Position numbers and translations under genes: made by a program. From assembly GCA_945873755.1 (NCBI GenBank), contig CAMCEM010000003.1:1085-65084 (forward strand): a DNA stretch of 64,000 bases, given 5' to 3'. The notes under the pieces were generated by a model. It had not been told where the DNA came from. It searched no databases and saw only the letters and a list, made by a program, of their open reading frames with translations. Positions 58,665 through 64,000 of the stretch are shown piece after piece (position 1 is the first letter of the stretch; each line of letters begins with the position of its first letter). The DNA is from Chitinophaga pinensis. Its GTDB lineage: Bacteria > Bacteroidota > Bacteroidia > UKL13-3.

Positions 58665-59216
58665 TCAATCTAACTCAAATGAATTAGATATTTTCCAAGT
58701 ACCTGAATTAAAGTGTAATAAATGCAGTTTATTTGCAATAAAATTTAAATTTAAAGTATTTCCATTTATTTCCTTCCATATTTTATTGTGTTTTCTAGTT
58801 GTATCTATGTTTAATTCCAAACACAATGCGGGTTCGTATGAATCAATTGAATAATTATCAAAAATTATTCTATTATGAATTTCTAAATAGTATTTTAAAC
58901 TTTTCTGAAAATTTATTAATTCAATATTTTCTACAATTTTTAAGCTAAAATCATTATTTTTTTTTACAAATCCTGACAATTCAAGCTCAAAAGAAACTGA
59001 TTGACTGGCATATTTTTTTAAGCTATCAGTTAAAAAATATTCGTTTTTTTCATCCCAACTAAATGGTTCAATAAGCATAATTTTTGGAATAAAAGACGCA
59101 TCAAACTTTATTGAGTTTTTTTTTGCTAATTCTTTCACAAACGAAACTATATTGGTATAATTTGAATTGCAAGGTATTAATGCAACACAAAATTTTTTTC
59201 CTAAATCGGGGTACAT
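58665..59216 (-). CDS. Hypothetical protein; weak resemblance to a 2H-phosphoesterase (LigT-like) fold that lacks both catalytic His-x-Thr motifs
   Basis: About 180 aa. 'FCVALIP' N-terminus. 'PKIMLIEPF' and 'EPALCLELN' lie where LigT has 'HLTL' and 'HITL'. This rests on motif spacing only. Confidence 0.3.
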   Translation of the reverse strand: MYPDLGKKFCVALIPCNSNYTNIVSFVKELAKKNSIKFDASFIPKIMLIEPFSWDEKNEYFLTDSLKKYASQSVSFELELSGFVKKNNDFSLKIVENIELINFQKSLKYYLEIHNRIIFDNYSIDSYEPALCLELNIDTTRKHNKIWKEINGNTLNLNFIANKLHLLHFNSGTWKISNSFELD

Positions 59217-59371
59217 CTAGCAATTTTTTTCGAATATATCTAGTTTTACTCGAACTTAAAGTTAAATTATATAAATAGTTAATATTAATATTTTAAGTGT
59301 ACTTCTTGTTAGTAAAACAAATTGTAAAATAATTATTTAAGTAAATAAATTGCCAACCAATTATTTTATAT

Positions 59372-60712
59372 ATGAAAGTACATTTTATTTCAATTGGTGG
59401 TGCGGTAATGCACAACTTAGCTTTGGCATTATTGGCAAAAGGATATACAATTACTGGTAGCGATGATGAAATATATGAACCAGCAAAATCGCGTTTAGAA
59501 TTGAAAGATATTTTGCCTAAAAGTTTAGGTTGGAATGAAAATAATATTCATGAAGGTTTGGATGCAGTTATTTTAGGCATGCATGCCAAGAAAGATAATC
59601 CAGAATTATTAAAAGCCATAACATTGGGTTTGAAAATATATTCGTTTCCAGAATACATGTATGAACAAACCAAAGAAAAATTGAGAATAATTGTAGGTGG
59701 AAGTCATGGAAAAACAACTACAACAGCTATGATTTTGCATGTACTAAATTATTTTAAAATTGATTTTGATTATTTAGTTGGTAGCAAATTAGATGGTTTT
59801 GATACCATGGTAGGTTTAAGCAATCAATCGAAGATTGCAGTATTTGAAGGCGATGAATATTTAACATCGGCCTTAGATTTAAGACCTAAGTTTCATGTAT
59901 ACAAAGCCGATATTGGTATTATTACAGGCATTTCGTGGGATCACATCAATGTATTTCCAACGTATGAAATTTATTTAGAACAGTTTAAAATATTTGTGGA
60001 AGCATTACCTAAAAATGGTTCAATAATTTATAGTGCTGACGACAATGAAGTAAAAAAATTGATTGAAAATTCAATTATTGATTCAATAAAATTACCTTAT
60101 TCAACTCCAGATTTTGAAATTAATAATGGTGTAGTTCATTTAAAAATAAAGGATTTAATTATTCCTTTACAGTTTTTTGGTAAACATAATTTGCAAAACA
60201 TGATGGCTGCTAAATATGCTTGCGAAGCTTGTGGTGTGGATGAATTACAATTTTTAGAAGCGATACAAACGTTTAAAGGGACATCAAACAGACTAGAAAA
60301 GATTTTTGAAAATGAAAATTCATTAATTATTAGAGATTTTGCCCATGCTCCATCAAAACTAAAAGCCACTGTAAATGCTGTTAAAGAATTAAATCCGGAA
60401 AGGAAATTAATAGCTATTTATGAATTGCATACATACAGTAGTTTGAATAAAAGTTTTTTACCTCAATATATAAACAGTATGAAAAATGCAGATGTTAAGG
60501 CAGTGCTTTATAGTAAACATACTTTAGAAATGAAAAAAATGCCAATGCTTGAAAATAAAGATGTGGAAGAAGGTTTTGGAGAAAATGTAAAGGTTTTTAC
60601 TAATAAAAATGAGTTGGAAGTTTTTATTAAAAATAATTATACAAAAAATGAAAATTTATTACTTATGAGTAGTGGAACTTTTGATGGTATGGATTTAAAT
60701 TTTAATAAATAA
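59372..60712 (+). CDS. mpl: UDP-N-acetylmuramate:L-alanyl-gamma-D-glutamyl-meso-diaminopimelate ligase (Mur ligase family, Mpl-like)
   Basis: 'HFISIGGAVMHNLALALLAKGYTITGSD' N-terminus and ATP-binding 'GGSHGKTTTTAM'. Mur-ligase middle and C domains. Confidence 0.8.
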   Translation: MKVHFISIGGAVMHNLALALLAKGYTITGSDDEIYEPAKSRLELKDILPKSLGWNENNIHEGLDAVILGMHAKKDNPELLKAITLGLKIYSFPEYMYEQTKEKLRIIVGGSHGKTTTTAMILHVLNYFKIDFDYLVGSKLDGFDTMVGLSNQSKIAVFEGDEYLTSALDLRPKFHVYKADIGIITGISWDHINVFPTYEIYLEQFKIFVEALPKNGSIIYSADDNEVKKLIENSIIDSIKLPYSTPDFEINNGVVHLKIKDLIIPLQFFGKHNLQNMMAAKYACEACGVDELQFLEAIQTFKGTSNRLEKIFENENSLIIRDFAHAPSKLKATVNAVKELNPERKLIAIYELHTYSSLNKSFLPQYINSMKNADVKAVLYSKHTLEMKKMPMLENKDVEEGFGENVKVFTNKNELEVFIKNNYTKNENLLLMSSGTFDGMDLNFNK

Positions 60713-60738
60713 AAATTATTTATTTTCGTTTTAAAATT

Positions 60739-61575
60739 ATGAAATTTATATTTTATTTAAACACTTTATTGCTTTCATTATTGTGCAACAATGTTTTTGC
60801 ACAACAAGGCGATATTAAATGTGACAATATTGAGCAAAATATACCTGTTCCCTGGCAATTGTTTAGAGAAGGAGATGTAAATTTTAGTAAACGAATAGTT
60901 AGAATTATTGATTTGAGAGAAAAACCAAATCAAGTTTTATTATACCCTAAAAATGCATTGCCAGTAATAATGTACGAGGCCATTAAAACTAAAAAATTAA
61001 TTCCTTTTAAAAACGATAGTTGTACCAGTGTTTATAGTACTGAAAGTATTTTAAAAATGGGAACAGATACTCAGTTTGTCGAAAATCCAAATCCCGAAAA
61101 CCCTGAGGAAGTAAAAACCGATACAGTTATAACACCATTTGACCCTTTAACTAGAATTTATAAGCTAAGGATTGTAGAAGATTGGCTTTACGACAAAAAA
61201 CACAGTAGCTATGTTATTAAAATAGTTTCAATAGCTCCGGTTTATAAACTAAAAATTGCTGGTATTGACCTAGGCGACCAAGATTTATGTGTATTTAGAT
61301 ATTATTATAATGATGTAAACAAACCGAAAGATGTAAGAAATTTGTTAGCTAAAAAATGTGTGTTTAATAGGCAAAACAATGCAGCCATGATGAGTTTTGA
61401 TGCATTTTTTGAAGGTAGATATTTTTCAAGTTATATTGTAAAAGCAAGCAATCAAAGAGATTTTTACATTAAAGACCAAACAGAATATAAAGACAATGGA
61501 TTGGATGCTATTTTAGAAAACCAAAATATACAGGATGATTTAATAAAAAGGGAGCAAGATTATTATGACAATTAA
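60739..61575 (+). CDS. gldN: GldN/PorN-family protein (stand-alone paralogue)
   Basis: Signal peptide. 'REGDVNFSKRIVRIIDLREKPNQVLLYP', 'EDWLYDKKHS', 'FNRQNNAAMMSFDAFFEGRYF' and C-terminal 'REQDYYDN' parallel conserved blocks of Flavobacterium GldN as I recall them. No gldK/L/M is adjacent. Confidence 0.65.
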   Translation: MKFIFYLNTLLLSLLCNNVFAQQGDIKCDNIEQNIPVPWQLFREGDVNFSKRIVRIIDLREKPNQVLLYPKNALPVIMYEAIKTKKLIPFKNDSCTSVYSTESILKMGTDTQFVENPNPENPEEVKTDTVITPFDPLTRIYKLRIVEDWLYDKKHSSYVIKIVSIAPVYKLKIAGIDLGDQDLCVFRYYYNDVNKPKDVRNLLAKKCVFNRQNNAAMMSFDAFFEGRYFSSYIVKASNQRDFYIKDQTEYKDNGLDAILENQNIQDDLIKREQDYYDN

Positions 61576-61623
61576 TACCAATTGTATTTATAAAATAGTC
61601 CAAAGCTGTTTTATAAATTTATT

Positions 61624-61931
61624 CCGATTAATCGCATACGCGTCAACTTAATTTTAGTTTTAAGATGGGAAACGTTAATAAACATTATAGTTCCAAAGGA
61701 ACGACTTTACAGAAGCATCGGGTTTTAACTCGTTGAAAAAAAAAACGAACAGAACCCTCTCCAAGAAAACCTCAAAATCTTTGCAAAAGCCAGAGGCTTT
61801 CGCAAAGATTTTGAGGTTTTCGTTTTGTTTATTTATTCATTTTACCCCGAATTTCATTCGGGGCTAACGTAAGTTCGTTCCTCCGGAACTTACATTTGAA
61901 AATACTTAAGTTGACGCCTCTGCGATAAATC
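61624..61931. mobile_element. MITE-like 308-bp non-coding element with 27-bp terminal inverted repeats and several internal hairpins
   Basis: The TIRs are 'cgattaatcgcatacgcgtcaacttaa' (61624-61650) and 'ttaagttgacgcctctgcgataaatcg' (61905-61931), complementary at 24 of 27 positions. There is an internal 20-bp perfect stem (61764-61783 / 61801-61820), extended by a further 6 bp. Smaller hairpins: 'ccccgaa-tttca-ttcgggg' and 'gtaagttc...gaacttac'. Confidence 0.5.
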
Positions 61932-62007
61932 GTTACTTAATGCCGCCAACACAATAACGCCTTACGTTAATAAAATTGAAATAATTGCTTTGTGCAAGCG
62001 GTATAAC

Positions 62008-62355
62008 TTATTTATTTATTAGTTTTTGAAAATAAACAGCGCCAATTGCATATGCTATACAATCAAACCAATCTGCTGTAAAATAGGAAGATATTGAAGG
62101 AATTATTATTTCAAATACTATGCAAAAATAAATACAAGAAAAAAACACCAACTTTCTATTAAAAACAAAACCATTTTTTTTTGCAACAAAAGTTCTTTGT
62201 AATATCAATGCTACACCTAAAATAATCGGTAATAAAACAATATCATCTATATAATTGTCTAAAATTTTAAAATGTATATTATTAAATATCAATATTAAAT
62301 GTATTAACCAAACAATGACCGCAATAATAAAATAAATGTATTTACCCATTTGCAC
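62008..62355 (-). CDS. Small integral membrane protein (4 TM)
   Basis: Four hydrophobic helices. Overlaps the upstream ORF by 1 nt. Confidence 0.5.
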   Translation of the reverse strand: MQMGKYIYFIIAVIVWLIHLILIFNNIHFKILDNYIDDIVLLPIILGVALILQRTFVAKKNGFVFNRKLVFFSCIYFCIVFEIIIPSISSYFTADWFDCIAYAIGAVYFQKLINK

Positions 62356-62648
62356 TAACCAGGAAGAGCCATTAAAACAAAAGTGGTTATAGCAATAATG
62401 CTTAATATAATTAATTGACCACCCCTAATAATTGTTTCTATAAATTTAATAAAAAAGTTGTTTTCCGAATTTTTAAGTTTTACAAAATCCATTAAAACAG
62501 ATTGATTTTGCCATTTTTTCTCAAGCTCGTCAATTTCTTTTCTATATTTATAATCCAGTATTTCGCCACAGGTGCTACAAAAAGCTTTTTCACCACTACT
62601 CCAACTGTTGCAATGCTCACATTTTTTTTGATTGTAAATACTTTTCAA
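62355..62648 (-). CDS. Zinc-ribbon protein with C-terminal TM anchor
   Basis: 'CEHC...CSTCG' CxxC-X13-CxxC ribbon and C-terminal 'LIILSIIAITTFVLMAL' helix. Confidence 0.5.
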   Translation of the reverse strand: MKSIYNQKKCEHCNSWSSGEKAFCSTCGEILDYKYRKEIDELEKKWQNQSVLMDFVKLKNSENNFFIKFIETIIRGGQLIILSIIAITTFVLMALPG

Positions 62649-62673
62649 GCAATTATTTAGTGTTTTGGCAAAA

Positions 62674-63126
62674 CTAGTTAAATAGCTTTAACAATTCACG
62701 TTCTCTAAATTCAAAAATTTCTTTCACTTTTTTATCTACAAACAACCAATGTAAAATAGGTGCAAATATCCATCCTTTCGAAAGGTACGAAACCCTGTCT
62801 TTCATTATTGTTTTACCATTTACTTCTTCAAAAAAATGCTCGTGATACCACAAAGTATACGGTCCTTTTACTTGGTTATCAGCAAATTTATAAGGCATAT
62901 CCCATTCAGTTATTTCTGTTTTCCATTTAAAAGAAATTCCATTTAATTTAATTTTATAATCAATTAAAGTTCCTTTTTTCATTTCAATTGGCGATGGAGT
63001 TAGAATTTTGAAATAAACTTCGCTTGGGGTAATTTTATTTAAATTTTCGGCTTTACTAAAAAAATCAAATACTTCACTTAAAGGTTTATTAATGGTAGTA
63101 GTTTTTTCTAAAATATATTTTTTCAT
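62674..63126 (-). CDS. SRPBCC (START/Bet v1-like) superfamily protein
   Basis: 150 aa. 'INKPLSEVFDFFSKAENLNKITP' and 'GPYTLWYHEHFFEE' match the COG4276-type SRPBCC pattern. Confidence 0.6.
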   Translation of the reverse strand: MKKYILEKTTTINKPLSEVFDFFSKAENLNKITPSEVYFKILTPSPIEMKKGTLIDYKIKLNGISFKWKTEITEWDMPYKFADNQVKGPYTLWYHEHFFEEVNGKTIMKDRVSYLSKGWIFAPILHWLFVDKKVKEIFEFRERELLKLFN

Positions 63127-63230
63127 ATATTGGTTTCAACAACAAATAATTAAAGAAGTTTTTGCTATGATATTATTTATATAATATGTATATAATTTTT
63201 AACCTAAAATTTTTAGGTTAAACTTGCAAG

Positions 63231-64000
63231 ATGAATTATTTAAGAGCTGAAAACCTTTCGAAATATTATGGCGAAAGACATTTATTCAGTAATATAACTT
63301 TTACTATTACAAAAGGACAAAGAGTAGCATTAATTGCCAAAAACGGATCTGGTAAAACCAGTTTGCTCAATATTTTAACTGGACGCGATTCGGGCGATGA
63401 AGGTCAGGTAGTTATTGATAAAAATATTAGATGGGCTTACATTGAACAAGAACCTCAATTTTATGAAACAGACGATGTTTGGACAGCAATTTACAAATCG
63501 GAAAACGAATTGTTACAATGTGTTGCCAAGTACGAAGAAGTAATTGAGCAATTAGAAAAAGACCCCAATAATATTGAAAATCAAAATCAGCTTCAGTATG
63601 CAATGGAGGCTATGGATTTGAATAATGCTTGGGATATTGAAACTAAAATAAAAACTATTTTACAGCAATTAAATTTAAATGAAAATTTACATAGTAAAAT
63701 AGATAGTTTAAGTGGAGGACAGAAAAAACGACTTGCAATTGCAAGGGTTTTGGTTCAACAACCCGATTTTATAATTATGGATGAGCCTACCAATCATTTA
63801 GATATAAAAATGATAGAGTGGCTTGAAACTTTTTTAACTGTAAACAATACCACCCTTTTATTGGTTACCCACGACAGGTATTTTTTAGATAAAGTATGCA
63901 ACGAAATAATAGAATTAGCCGAAGGCAATTTATATGTTCATAAAGGTAATTATGCTTATTTTTTAGAAAAAAAAGCACAAAGAGAAGAGTATATGGATAA
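63231..64000 (+). CDS. ABC-F family ATPase (Uup/YbiT-like), 3'-truncated by the window edge
   Basis: Hand translation gives 'MNYLRAENLSKYYGERHLFSNITFTITKGQRVALIAKNGSGKTSLL' (Walker A), 'LSGGQKKRLAIA' signature and 'IIMDEPTNHLD' Walker B. The ORF is still open at base 64000 and is not listed in the ORF track. Confidence 0.85.
   Translation, partial: MNYLRAENLSKYYGERHLFSNITFTITKGQRVALIAKNGSGKTSLLNILTGRDSGDEGQVVIDKNIRWAYIEQEPQFYETDDVWTAIYKSENELLQCVAKYEEVIEQLEKDPNNIENQNQLQYAMEAMDLNNAWDIETKIKTILQQLNLNENLHSKIDSLSGGQKKRLAIARVLVQQPDFIIMDEPTNHLDIKMIEWLETFLTVNNTTLLLVTHDRYFLDKVCNEIIELAEGNLYVHKGNYAYFLEKKAQREEYMD

Noticed and set aside
63201-63219. Palindrome 'aacctaaaa-t-ttttaggtt' 12 nt upstream of the ABC-F start as a regulatory attenuator
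   Set aside because: It is a short AT-rich dyad with no leader peptide or alternative structures visible. That is too weak to call beyond noting it.

Overview
The window is AT-rich and densely coding. It looks like a Bacteroidota (Flavobacteriia-like) chromosome: there is a T9SS C-terminal sorting domain, a GldN/PorN-family gene, an exbB-exbD-exbD-tonB operon, a CarboxypepD_reg-type TonB-dependent barrel and a DUF3467 gene.

Layout:
- (1) 2-12808: a co-directional exopolysaccharide/O-antigen-type locus. It has GT4, GT2 and exostosin-like transferases, a Wzy-like polymerase, three acyl/acetyltransferases and an initiating polyprenyl-phosphate sugar transferase. Several starts are TTG/GTG and some genes overlap stop to start.
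- (2) 12828-25882: a co-directional cell-surface cluster. It holds a TonB-dependent-receptor-like barrel, a 1071-aa T9SS cargo protein, lipoproteins, and a domain-shuffled trio of genes. One of the trio carries about eight nearly identical in-frame 120-bp tandem repeats. The cluster ends at tRNA-Ala(GGC).
- (3) 26-47 kb: mostly housekeeping genes (surE, DPP-IV, phosphosulfolactate synthase, acyl-CoA ligase, glmM, ychF, exbBD-tonB, histidine kinase, nuclease, rfbC, kynA). One exception is an Asn/Trp/Gly-rich lipoprotein paired with a FadL-like barrel.
- (4) 47-55 kb: a GT2 / methyltransferase / GT-C+TPR glycosylation set. It is split by about 2.7 kb of accessory DNA containing a perfect 40-bp palindrome, four operator-like modules, two orphan lipoprotein genes, and a REP-flanked RAYT transposase with an in-frame TAG.
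- (5) 55-64 kb: apaG, an MBL hydrolase, an orphan class-III PhaC-like gene, a 96-bp tandem repeat, ung, mpl, an orphan GldN paralogue, a MITE-like 308-bp element with 27-bp terminal inverted repeats, and a 3'-truncated ABC-F ATPase.

I saw no CRISPR array, rRNA, integrase, or recognisable defence or toxin-antitoxin system. All functional calls rest on motif recognition by eye. No database search was run.
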